From an uncultured Acidobacteriota bacterium (GTDB taxonomy: Bacteria > Acidobacteriota > Thermoanaerobaculia > Multivoradales > UBA5704), in contig CAVYRF010000002.1 of NCBI GenBank assembly GCA_963770895.1, positions 448,001 to 512,000 on the forward strand: DNA of 64,000 nucleotides, read 5' to 3'. Below the pieces are notes generated by a model, which searched no databases, was not told the origin of the DNA, and saw nothing but the letters and a program-made list of their open reading frames with translations. Below are positions 20,800-29,112 of the stretch, one piece after another; position 1 is the stretch's first letter, and each line of letters starts with the position of its first letter. The position numbers were made by a program, and so were the translations under genes.

Positions 20800-21795
20800 A
20801 TGCCCGATCCGGTTCCCGCCCTCGCCGTGTCCGGCCCTGCCACCGCGCCGCTCACCGGCGCGCCGCACGCCGGCACCGTCGCCGTGCGCTGCCGCAACCT
20901 GGTCAAGCGTTACGAAGACGTGGTGGCGGTGGCGGGCCTGGACCTCGAAGTGCAGAGCGGCGAATGCTTCGGCCTGCTCGGTCCCAACGGCGCCGGCAAG
21001 ACCACGACGCTGGAGATCCTGGAAGGGCTCACCACCCCCGACGACGGTCAGGTGGAGGTCCTGGGCACCAGCTGGACAAAGGGCAACGGCCACGCTTTGC
21101 GCCAGCGGCTGGGGCTCGCTTTGCAGGAAACCCAGCTGAGCACCAAGCTGACGGTGATCGAAACGCTGCGCCTGTTCCGCTCCTTCTATAGCCGCGGCAA
21201 GGCGCCCGAAGACGTGATGGACCGCCTGTCGCTGCGCGAAAAGCGCGACGCGCCGGTGGGCAAGCTCTCCGGCGGCCAGAAGCAGCGCCTGGCGGTGGCA
21301 TGCGCCCTGGTGGGCGACCCCGAGCTGCTGTTTCTCGACGAGCCCACGACCGGCCTCGACCCGCAAAGCCGCCTCGAGCTGTGGGAGCAGATCAGCCAGT
21401 TCCGCGCCGGCGGCGGCACCGTCGTCCTGACCACTCACTACATGGACGAAGCCGAACGTCTGTGCGACCGGGTGGCGATCGTCGACCACGGCAGGGTCAT
21501 CGCCCAGGACACGCCGCAGGAGCTGATCGCTTCTCTCAAGGCCGCCAACGTGGTGGAATTTGCCGCCACGCCCGAGCTGCCGCGCGAAACCCTGGCGCAG
21601 ATCGAGGGCGTCGGCGAGATCCACCGCCACGGCGCGGTCTGGGCGCTCTCCGTCGTGTCGCTCGCCGCCAGCGTGCCGGCGCTGCTCGCCGCCGTGGAGC
21701 GAGCGGGCGCCCGCCTCGAACAGCTTTCGACCCACCGCGCGACGCTCGAAGACGTCTTCGTCGCGCTGACCGGCCGCGCCCTGCGCGAGGAGTGA
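20800..21795 (+). CDS. ABC-2 type exporter ATP-binding protein
   Basis: GPNGAGKTT, LSGGQKQR, LFLDEPTTGLD and TTHYMDEA. Confidence 0.92.
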   Translation: MPDPVPALAVSGPATAPLTGAPHAGTVAVRCRNLVKRYEDVVAVAGLDLEVQSGECFGLLGPNGAGKTTTLEILEGLTTPDDGQVEVLGTSWTKGNGHALRQRLGLALQETQLSTKLTVIETLRLFRSFYSRGKAPEDVMDRLSLREKRDAPVGKLSGGQKQRLAVACALVGDPELLFLDEPTTGLDPQSRLELWEQISQFRAGGGTVVLTTHYMDEAERLCDRVAIVDHGRVIAQDTPQELIASLKAANVVEFAATPELPRETLAQIEGVGEIHRHGAVWALSVVSLAASVPALLAAVERAGARLEQLSTHRATLEDVFVALTGRALREE

Positions 21796-21822
21796 CGCGG
21801 CGCCAGCGCGAGCCACATCGCC

Positions 21823-22911
21823 ATGTCCAGCGATCGTCCCAACCCCCTGTGGCAGCTCACCCTCACCCGGGTGCGCGAATTCATCCGCGAGCCCGAGGCG
21901 CTGTTCTGGGTCTTCGCCTTCCCGATCCTGCTCGCCGTGGCGCTCGGCCTGGCGTTCCGCGAAAAGCCTCCCGACCGCATCCCGGTGGGCGTCGTAGAGA
22001 CCGGCGGGGCCGCCGCTGCCGGGGGTGGTGCCGGCGCCTCCGACCCCGCCGCCGCTGCCGTCGCGGCGCTCGCGCGGTCCCCCGTGCTGCTGCCGCGCCT
22101 GCTGGCGAGCGGCGAAGCGCAAGAGGCGCTGCGCACCGGCAGGATCTCGCTGCTGATCCAGCCCGGCGCCGCCGGCCAGCCGCCGGTCTTTCGCTTCGAC
22201 GAGACGCGCCCCGAATCGCGCATCGCGCGGCTGGAAGCCGACGACGCGCTGGAGCGTGCCGCCGGCCGCGGCGACCGGCTGGCCATCCGCACCGAGCGCC
22301 TGACCGCCAAGGGATCGCGCTACATCGACTTCCTGATCCCCGGCCTGCTCGGCATGAACCTCATGGGCACCGGCATCTGGAGCCTGGCGTTCAACATCTC
22401 CATCGCGCGGCAAAAGCAGCTGCTCAAACGGCTGATCGCGACGCCGATGCGGCGCACCCACTACCTGCTGGCGCAGATCCTGGGGCGGCTGGTGTTCCTG
22501 CTGCCCGAAATGGTCTTCCTGGTCGGCTGCGGCTGGGTGCTCTTCGGCGTCGGCGTGCGCGGCCCTCTGTGGCTGCTGTTTCTGACCTGCCTGCTGGGGG
22601 CGATGACCTTCTGCGGCCTGGGGCTGCTGGTGGCGTCGCGGGTGCGCACCCCCGAGGGAGCCAGCGGCTGGGCAAACCTGGTGATGATCCCGATGTGGCT
22701 GGCTTCGGGAGTGTTCTTTTCGTCCGAGCGCTTCCCCGACCGGCTGCAGCCGTTGATCAAGGCGCTGCCGCTGACCGCTCTCAACGATGCGCTGCGCGGC
22801 ATCATGAACGAGGGGTGGGGGCTGTCGCAGGTTGCATCCCGGCTGGCGATCCTTGCCGCCTGGGGCGTGGCCACCTACCTGGTGGCGCTCGGGGTGTTTC
22901 GCTGGCGCTAG
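21823..22911 (+). CDS. ABC-2 type exporter permease
   Basis: YIDFLIPGLLGM, LKRLIATP and SGVFF motifs, with about six TM segments. Confidence 0.9.
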   Translation: MSSDRPNPLWQLTLTRVREFIREPEALFWVFAFPILLAVALGLAFREKPPDRIPVGVVETGGAAAAGGGAGASDPAAAAVAALARSPVLLPRLLASGEAQEALRTGRISLLIQPGAAGQPPVFRFDETRPESRIARLEADDALERAAGRGDRLAIRTERLTAKGSRYIDFLIPGLLGMNLMGTGIWSLAFNISIARQKQLLKRLIATPMRRTHYLLAQILGRLVFLLPEMVFLVGCGWVLFGVGVRGPLWLLFLTCLLGAMTFCGLGLLVASRVRTPEGASGWANLVMIPMWLASGVFFSSERFPDRLQPLIKALPLTALNDALRGIMNEGWGLSQVASRLAILAAWGVATYLVALGVFRWR

Positions 22912-23075
22912 TGGCCTGTCCTGTTCGAATCGAAAGCGCCTGGCTTGCCCTCGACGGCGGGGGCTTCGTTCCGCCTCCTCGACATAGTTCCGACTATGCC
23001 TGCGTCGGCGCGCTTGGCCCCCGCCGCCGAATGGCGGCGCCATCCGCTTTCGATTTCTCCAGGACAGGCCACTAG
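22908..23075. mobile_element. 168-bp palindromic MITE-like element bounded by CTAG
   Basis: Perfect 16-bp terminal inverted repeats CTAGTGGCCTGTCCTG / CAGGACAGGCCACTAG. Internal arms also pair (AATCGAAAGCG/CGCTTTCGATT; CGGCGGGGGC/GCCCCCGCCG). No credible ORF. Confidence 0.65.
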
Positions 23076-23153
23076 CGCCCCGTTCGCTTCCTTCACCTGC
23101 TTTTCGCCAAAAAGGGCTGGATTGCCAGACCCGTTGCAATGTAGAATAGAACT

Positions 23154-23732
23154 ATGGCCTCTGACCAAGGTGATCGCATCATCTCGTTGTTGCGGAACGC
23201 GATTCGGCTGTCGAGTCGTACCTATCGGGATGTGGAACGCCAGCTGGGCTGGCGGGCGGGTACCATCACGCGCCTGATGCGCGGCGGGCTCGGGCTGAAG
23301 ATCGAGCATCTGCTTAGCATTCTGCGCGCGATCAAGCTCTCCCCGGCCCGCTTCTTCGCCGTGGCGTACCCCAGCGCGGACGGCGTGCCGTCGGCTGAAG
23401 AGCGTCTATACCGCATCCTGGAACAGATGTACTCGCGCGGCGGCAGCGGCGGCGGCAACGCCATCGCCCCGGGCGTGATCAGCGCCATCGCCGCTCTGGG
23501 CGCCAGCGGGGCTAACGGCTCGCACGGCGCCGGCGGCGAAGAGCTGCCGCGCGCGGCGCTGCAACAGGCCCTGCCGGCCATGCCTCAGGCATCGTCCAGC
23601 GTGGAACACGCCGCGACGACGCAGGATGAGATCGATGAGATGGTAAGGATCTCACTGCGCAAGCTGCTCGGCACCAGCAGCCCGGACCTGCGCGTGTCGC
23701 GCGCCCGGCCCGGCGGCGCGACGGCCGAATAA
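23154..23732 (+). CDS. Stand-alone XRE/Cro-like HTH protein
   Basis: LLRNAIRLSSRTYRDVERQLGWRAGTITRLMRGGLGLKIEHLLSILRAI. TAGAAT lies 6 nt before the ATG (leaderless-like). Confidence 0.75.
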   Translation: MASDQGDRIISLLRNAIRLSSRTYRDVERQLGWRAGTITRLMRGGLGLKIEHLLSILRAIKLSPARFFAVAYPSADGVPSAEERLYRILEQMYSRGGSGGGNAIAPGVISAIAALGASGANGSHGAGGEELPRAALQQALPAMPQASSSVEHAATTQDEIDEMVRISLRKLLGTSSPDLRVSRARPGGATAE

Positions 23733-23750
23733 CCGGCGCGCTCTTTCAGC

Positions 23751-25418
23751 TCACGCTGAGCGGGCGGAGCGCCCGAGCTGCTCGTCGGGCGCTGCCGAGG
23801 TGAGCAGCTGCTGGATCGCGTCGACCAGCTGCACCGTGCCCAACGACGACCGCTGCAAGGTCGTTTCCAACACTTCCATGGCGTCCAGCGCCTCGGCGGT
23901 CACGTCCAGGGCGCGGAACAGCTGCGACACCTCGAGCGCCAGGGCCCGCGCCTGGTCTTCCTGACCGCGCCGCAGCTCCAGCTGTGCCAGGTCCATGGTG
24001 GCGCGCGCGTAGCACTTCCTGTCGCCCGCTTCCTTCAGTTGCTGGCGCACGTCCGCGAAGGCCCGCTCGGCGCGCGCGAAATCAGCCAGGCCTGAATAGA
24101 TCTGGGCCTGCAGCCAGCGCAGCTTCAGGCGGTCCTGGCGGCCGCCGTGCTGCTCGTACAGCCCCAGATGGCGCCACAGCAGCGACCGCGCCTCCCGGTG
24201 GCGGCCGCCCGCCATCAGGCACCAGGCGGTGTTGTGGACGGCGGCGATGGTCAGCTCGGGGTCGTGATCGGGGCCGACCATTTCGAGCCCTTCGTTGAGC
24301 AGCTCGGCGGCCTCCTGGTGGCGCCCCTCGAACGAGGTGTACAACCCCTTCTTGATCAGGCAGCGCCCCGCCAGGTACGGATCGCCGTAGCGGCGGTAGA
24401 TGCGCAGCGCGATCTCCAGCGACGCGAAGGCGGCGCCGGTGTGATGGCGGTCGAAGCACAGGTTGGCTTCCACCTCCAGGAAGCGGGCTCCCAGCAGGCG
24501 GTCGTGACCGGCCTCGCGGAAGTGTCCCCGCACCAGGTCCATGCAGGCTTCGGCGTCCTTCAGGCGGTCGACCACGCGCAGGGCGTTGGCCAGCTCGATC
24601 GTCGCCCTGGCCCGGAAATCGCGCACCTGGCCGGCGCTGAAGCCCTGGTCTCCCAGCGACGCGGCGACCGCGGCAGCGATCTCGGCCAGCTTGACCATCT
24701 GCCTGGGATTGCGGCGGCGCAAGGCCCAGCTCTGCTCCAGCAGCAGCTCGAACCCGGCCAGCGACTGCAGCTCGGGCGGCGGCTCCTGGAGGTCTTCCAC
24801 GCCGCTCGCGATCAGCTGATCGAGCAGACTGCGCGCCTTGCCGATGTCCCGCGCCGCGTTCTCGCCATGCCGCACTACCGCGGCGAAGGCGCGGTCGATG
24901 GCCTGGTCGTAGGCGCTGTCGGAGAACGTGACGCCGGGATGGAGCGGCGCGCGGGCAGCGCGCTTGCGGCGCCGCCGCGCCGTCTCGCCGGCGGGGCCGG
25001 CCGGGACGGCACCCGTCGCCGCAGCCCCGGCGGCGTCCCCAGATCCATCGCCCGACGACCCATCCGACATCGTCGCATCCGCGGCCCGCACCGGCCTTGC
25101 CGATCGCGCAACCGGTCCGCCGGCGGGGGGGCCGGCCGCGTCGCCAGCGGCAGGCGGAGCATCGTGCCTGCCCGACGCGGCAGCCACCAGTGCGGCAAAG
25201 GCCGCGATGTCGTCGCCAGGATCGAGCTCCAGCGTCAGGTCGGACGCGAGCGGCGCGAGGACGGGGCCGTCCAGCAGCGTTGCCGCGTAGGGGGCGACCC
25301 GCGCCACGCAGGTCGGGCAGCCGCGCAACAGGTGACGCACGACCGCTTTCGCCTGCTCACGGCTGAGGGTGCCGCACACCAGCCCCTCGAGGTCGGCGGC
25401 GGTTGGATGCTCCATCAT
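23751..25418 (-). CDS. TPR-repeat protein with N-terminal anti-sigma-like Zn-finger
   Basis: HP...HLLRGCPTC N-terminus. The C-terminal helical repeats (LKLRWLQAQIYSGL, MDLAQL) resemble the HTH-TPR proteins at 45-57 kb. GGAGG RBS before 25418. Confidence 0.75.
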   Translation of the reverse strand: MMEHPTAADLEGLVCGTLSREQAKAVVRHLLRGCPTCVARVAPYAATLLDGPVLAPLASDLTLELDPGDDIAAFAALVAAASGRHDAPPAAGDAAGPPAGGPVARSARPVRAADATMSDGSSGDGSGDAAGAAATGAVPAGPAGETARRRRKRAARAPLHPGVTFSDSAYDQAIDRAFAAVVRHGENAARDIGKARSLLDQLIASGVEDLQEPPPELQSLAGFELLLEQSWALRRRNPRQMVKLAEIAAAVAASLGDQGFSAGQVRDFRARATIELANALRVVDRLKDAEACMDLVRGHFREAGHDRLLGARFLEVEANLCFDRHHTGAAFASLEIALRIYRRYGDPYLAGRCLIKKGLYTSFEGRHQEAAELLNEGLEMVGPDHDPELTIAAVHNTAWCLMAGGRHREARSLLWRHLGLYEQHGGRQDRLKLRWLQAQIYSGLADFARAERAFADVRQQLKEAGDRKCYARATMDLAQLELRRGQEDQARALALEVSQLFRALDVTAEALDAMEVLETTLQRSSLGTVQLVDAIQQLLTSAAPDEQLGRSARSA

Positions 25419-25629
25419 TTTGGCGTCCTCCGCTGTCACAAGCCTACATCAATCGCGCCCAAAGCGGTACCTGTAGTGGGTCAACCTGACCCACTATCCG
25501 GACATTCCCGCGCATTTTCAGCACATTCATCCCCGCTGCCACGCCAGCGCCATCGCCGCCCGCCACCCGGCGCGGCGGCAGCGGCCGGCGCAACGCCAGC
25601 AGGCCCCTGCGGGAAGAAAGGAAGAATAT

Positions 25630-25932
25630 CTAGCCGTCAGGATTGATGGTCGAGCTGTCGGACGGTCCGGAGGTCGAACCGCTGTCCGCGGTGCTTTGAC
25701 CCGCGGTCACCACACCGTGATGTCCGGACGCCGGCGCCGCCGGCCGCGCGCCGCCGCTGCCCAGGATGAGGTCCACCATCCGGTGCCACAGCGATGACGC
25801 CCACGACCGGCCGTCTTCGTGCACCGCCGCCGGCGCCCCTGCCGCGGCATGCGCCCCGACCGGAGCGGCGAACGACAGCATCGCAACCAGGGCAAGCGCC
25901 GCCACGATTCGCACAACCATGCACTGCTTCAT
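25630..25932 (-). CDS. Small secreted peptide precursor P1 (C-terminal ...SDSSTINPDG*)
   Basis: GAGGAG RBS, signal peptide MKQCMVVRIVAALALVAMLSFAAPVGAHA, Trp helix SWASSLWHRMVDLIL and a terminal NPDG. Confidence 0.7.
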   Translation of the reverse strand: MKQCMVVRIVAALALVAMLSFAAPVGAHAAAGAPAAVHEDGRSWASSLWHRMVDLILGSGGARPAAPASGHHGVVTAGQSTADSGSTSGPSDSSTINPDG

Positions 25933-26091
25933 GCGCAATCCTCTCCTCGGGCCGACGCTCTGCCGCAAGCTGACCGCACCGGCACATGGATAATCCCTTG
26001 GCCCAATAGACGCAGTGCGGCGGCGGGCCGCTTTCGAGCCACCGGCTGCAACGCAGACTGGATGGGTTGCGGAGTTGGCCGGTGCCGATCG

Positions 26092-26700
26092 CTACAGCGA
26101 ACGCACCATGGCGACGATGCCGGCGCGAATCATCGACACGGAGATGGCCGCGAGGAACAGGCTGGCGACCTTGGCGACGCCGCGGTTGACCGAAGGGCCG
26201 ATGATCTTCGCCACCAGCGGACCCGAAACGAAGACCAGGAAGACCAGGCTCATGTTGAGGATGAGCGAAACCAGCGTGGGCACGTAGCCGAAGGCCTCGC
26301 GCGATACCAGGATCGAGGTGATCGCGGCCGGTCCCATGATCAGCGGGATACCCAGCGGCACCACCCCGACGCTGTCCGCGGCGTCGCCGTCGCCGGCGGC
26401 GGGGTCGCGGCGCCGGTAGTCGCCGAAGATGAGGTTGGAGATGCTCAGCACCAGCAGGATGAGCCCGCCGCCGACGCGCAGGTCGTTCACCGTGATGCCC
26501 AGCAGGGAAAAGATGAGCTGGCCGGCAAACAGGATCAGCACCGCCACCAGAAAGGCAGTGGCCACCGCCTGCAAGGTCAAGCGTCGCCGCTCGGCATTGG
26601 ACAGCACCTCGGTGATGCCCAGGTACAGCGGCAGGATGCCGGGCGCGTTGATCGCCACGAACAGGGGCACGAAGCTTTCGATGTAGTCGCGCGAGATCAT
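26092..26700 (-). CDS. MarC family membrane protein
   Basis: LFVAINAPGILPLY and VVPLGIPLIMGPAAIT motifs, about six TM segments. Confidence 0.88.
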   Translation of the reverse strand: MISRDYIESFVPLFVAINAPGILPLYLGITEVLSNAERRRLTLQAVATAFLVAVLILFAGQLIFSLLGITVNDLRVGGGLILLVLSISNLIFGDYRRRDPAAGDGDAADSVGVVPLGIPLIMGPAAITSILVSREAFGYVPTLVSLILNMSLVFLVFVSGPLVAKIIGPSVNRGVAKVASLFLAAISVSMIRAGIVAMVRSL

Positions 26701-26871
26701 GGACGCAGGCAGGCGGGCGGGCGCGGGAAGCATAGCGCGCTTCGGGCGCCATCGCGCGTGCTCGGCGCTCGGCATGGACGGGTCGACCGCCGCCGGGCGG
26801 CTCACCGCCCGGCGACGCAGCGGGTCAGCTGACTCGCCGAATGACGCCACCTTCAGACTTGGGAGACGAGC

Positions 26872-27357
26872 CTAGCCAACCGGGCCAACGGCCAGGTCGT
26901 TGACGACGCCGTTCACGCCGCTGGTGCGGCGGGCGATGCGTTCGGCTTCCTGCCGGTTGCGCTCCGAGCTCACGGTGCCGGACAGCGTCACCTGGCCGTC
27001 GCGCGAGTTGACATGGACGCGGATGCCGCCCAGGTCAGGAGCCGCGATCAGACGCGCTTTGACCTTGGTGGTGAGCGCCGCGTCGGCGACCGACTCGCGC
27101 GTCGAGGGGCCCACCTTGGTATCCAGGTCGTGGGCGCCGTCGCGGATCGCCTGGCCCAGCTGATGGGCGCCTTGCTTCAGCTCCTGGCCGGCCTGGTGGA
27201 GGTTGTCGTGGATCACCTGGTTGTTCACATGAATCTGTTCGTTGCCCTGCGCGTCGCGCTGGACCTGGACCGCCGAGTCCTGACATCCGGCCGCCAGCAG
27301 CAGCAGCGACAGCCCGAGGCCGGCAAGGCCCGCCTTGAGAAGCGCTGTTGAGTTCAT
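26872..27357 (-). CDS. BON-domain (OsmY-like) lipoprotein
   Basis: Lipobox AAGC and DAALTTKVKARL...GQVTLSG...GVNGVVNDL. Confidence 0.85.
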   Translation of the reverse strand: MNSTALLKAGLAGLGLSLLLLAAGCQDSAVQVQRDAQGNEQIHVNNQVIHDNLHQAGQELKQGAHQLGQAIRDGAHDLDTKVGPSTRESVADAALTTKVKARLIAAPDLGGIRVHVNSRDGQVTLSGTVSSERNRQEAERIARRTSGVNGVVNDLAVGPVG

Positions 27358-27461
27358 GAGAGATCCTCCCCTGGGGAGGGTCGCTGGCGCGCACCCTGCG
27401 CGCCTCGCCCCGCAGGAGTACCAGCAAGAACCGGACCCGCCGTCTCAGATGGGGCGGCGCC

Positions 27462-27956
27462 TCAGGCCGGCGGCGCCGCGTCGTCGCTCTTGATCAGGTT
27501 GGTGACGCCCGCGACGCCGGGCGTGCGGCGCACCAACTGCTCGACGGCGGCGCGATCCTGGGCGCGGCCGACGTGCCCCCACAGGGTCACCCGGCCGCCT
27601 TCCGCATCCACTTCGATCTGCAAGGCGCGCAGCTGCGGGTCGCCGGTCAGACGCGCCCGCACCCGCCCCGCAAGTCCCGCGTCGCCCGCTTCGATGCCGG
27701 TCTTGACCGGGTCCTCCGCAATGTCGACCGCCTTGGGGGCCGCCGGCTGGTTGCGCGCGGACGCAGCGCCGGCGCCGCCCGCTGGGTTGCCCCTGCCGCA
27801 GCCCAGGAGCGCTGCCGCAAGCAGCGCCGCCGGCAGGAGAACCGCCAGCGCCGAAGCACCGGCGCGGCCGCGCGGACGGGCGCGCCGTCGCGGGCGCCGG
27901 GGCGCCTGCAAGCCTTGACCAGGCCGGCGCCGGAGGTGAGGGCGGGGGTGGATCAT
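27462..27956 (-). CDS. BON-domain lipoprotein
   Basis: LLGC lipobox and DAGLAGRVRARL...GRVTLWG...GVAGVTNLI. Start uncertain. Confidence 0.75.
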   Translation of the reverse strand: MIHPRPHLRRRPGQGLQAPRRPRRRARPRGRAGASALAVLLPAALLAAALLGCGRGNPAGGAGAASARNQPAAPKAVDIAEDPVKTGIEAGDAGLAGRVRARLTGDPQLRALQIEVDAEGGRVTLWGHVGRAQDRAAVEQLVRRTPGVAGVTNLIKSDDAAPPA

Positions 27957-27979
27957 GGCCTGTCCAGCGCTCGCCTGCC

Positions 27980-29038
27980 CTAGCCGCTGCGGTGGACGGC
28001 GGCCTGCCGCCGCCGGCCGCCGCCGAGGGTGACGATGCGGGCGGCGGGTGGATCGGCCGGTGGGCCCGCGGGCACGGCCACCGCGGCGGCGGCGCCGGCG
28101 ATGCGCTCGATCCCGCTGTAGACGTTGCAACGGTTGCCGCGCAGGAAGCCGACCAGCGTGATGCCGAAGCGGCGCGCCAGGTCGACCGCCAGGCTGCTGG
28201 GTGCCGACACGGAGCACACCAGGGCAAGGCCGGCGACGGCGCTCTTTTGCAGGATCTCGTAGCTGGTGCGGCCGCTCACCAGCAGCACGTGGTCGAACAG
28301 CGGCAGGCGGCCGCCGAGCAGCGCCCACCCCACCAGCTTGTCGAGCGCGTTGTGGCGCCCGACGTCTTCGCGCACCTCCAGCAGGTTGCCCTCGCGGTCG
28401 AACAGCGCCGCCGCATGCAGACCGCCGGTGGCGTCGAACAGCCCCTGGCTGCTGCGCAGCTTGGCCGGCAGCGACCGCAGCAGCGCCGGCGCCACGCGCG
28501 GTCCCGCCGGCAGCGCGCGCGGCATGCGCACGCTGAGAGTTTCCAGGCCCGCCTTGCCGCAGACACCGCAGGCGCTGGTGGCAAAGAAATGGCGTTCGAG
28601 CGACGCCAGCTCGGGCTCCCGGTCGCCGGTCAACGCAACTTCCAGGACGTTGCAAGGCAGGGCGTCGGCATCGCTTGCGTCGCCAGCGGGACCAGCGTCG
28701 GTAGCGGGGCCGGAGGGGCCGGAGGGGCCAGCATGGCCGAGATCGCCCAAGCCGCCGAGGTCCCCGAGATCGCCGAGATCGCCGGTGCCGCCGGCAAATC
28801 CGGCGAGGTCGCTGCGCTGGGCGATCACACCTTCCGCGTACAGGAAGCCCGCGGCAAGCTCCGCGTCGGCGCCGGGGGTGCGCATGGTCACCGCCACCGT
28901 CCGGCTGCCGCCCGTCCCCCAGCGCAGGCGGATCTCCAGCGGCTCTTCGGTGGCCAGCTGGTCGGGCGAGCCGGCGATGTCGTCGCCGTCGATCCGCCAC
29001 AACGTGGTCGCTGTCTTGCTAAGCTGGCGGCTGCTCAC
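27980..29038 (-). CDS. fdhD: Formate dehydrogenase accessory sulfurtransferase FdhD
   Basis: EEPLEI, TMRTPG, SACGVCG, TGGLHAAALF and REDVGRHNALDK. Confidence 0.93.
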   Translation of the reverse strand: MSSRQLSKTATTLWRIDGDDIAGSPDQLATEEPLEIRLRWGTGGSRTVAVTMRTPGADAELAAGFLYAEGVIAQRSDLAGFAGGTGDLGDLGDLGGLGDLGHAGPSGPSGPATDAGPAGDASDADALPCNVLEVALTGDREPELASLERHFFATSACGVCGKAGLETLSVRMPRALPAGPRVAPALLRSLPAKLRSSQGLFDATGGLHAAALFDREGNLLEVREDVGRHNALDKLVGWALLGGRLPLFDHVLLVSGRTSYEILQKSAVAGLALVCSVSAPSSLAVDLARRFGITLVGFLRGNRCNVYSGIERIAGAAAAVAVPAGPPADPPAARIVTLGGGRRRQAAVHRSG

Positions 29039-29112
29039 GCGCGCGCACCTCCGAGTGCCAGCTTCTCACATCGCGGCGGCCGGCGCGAGGCGTGCATGCT
29101 GGAGTCACTGCC

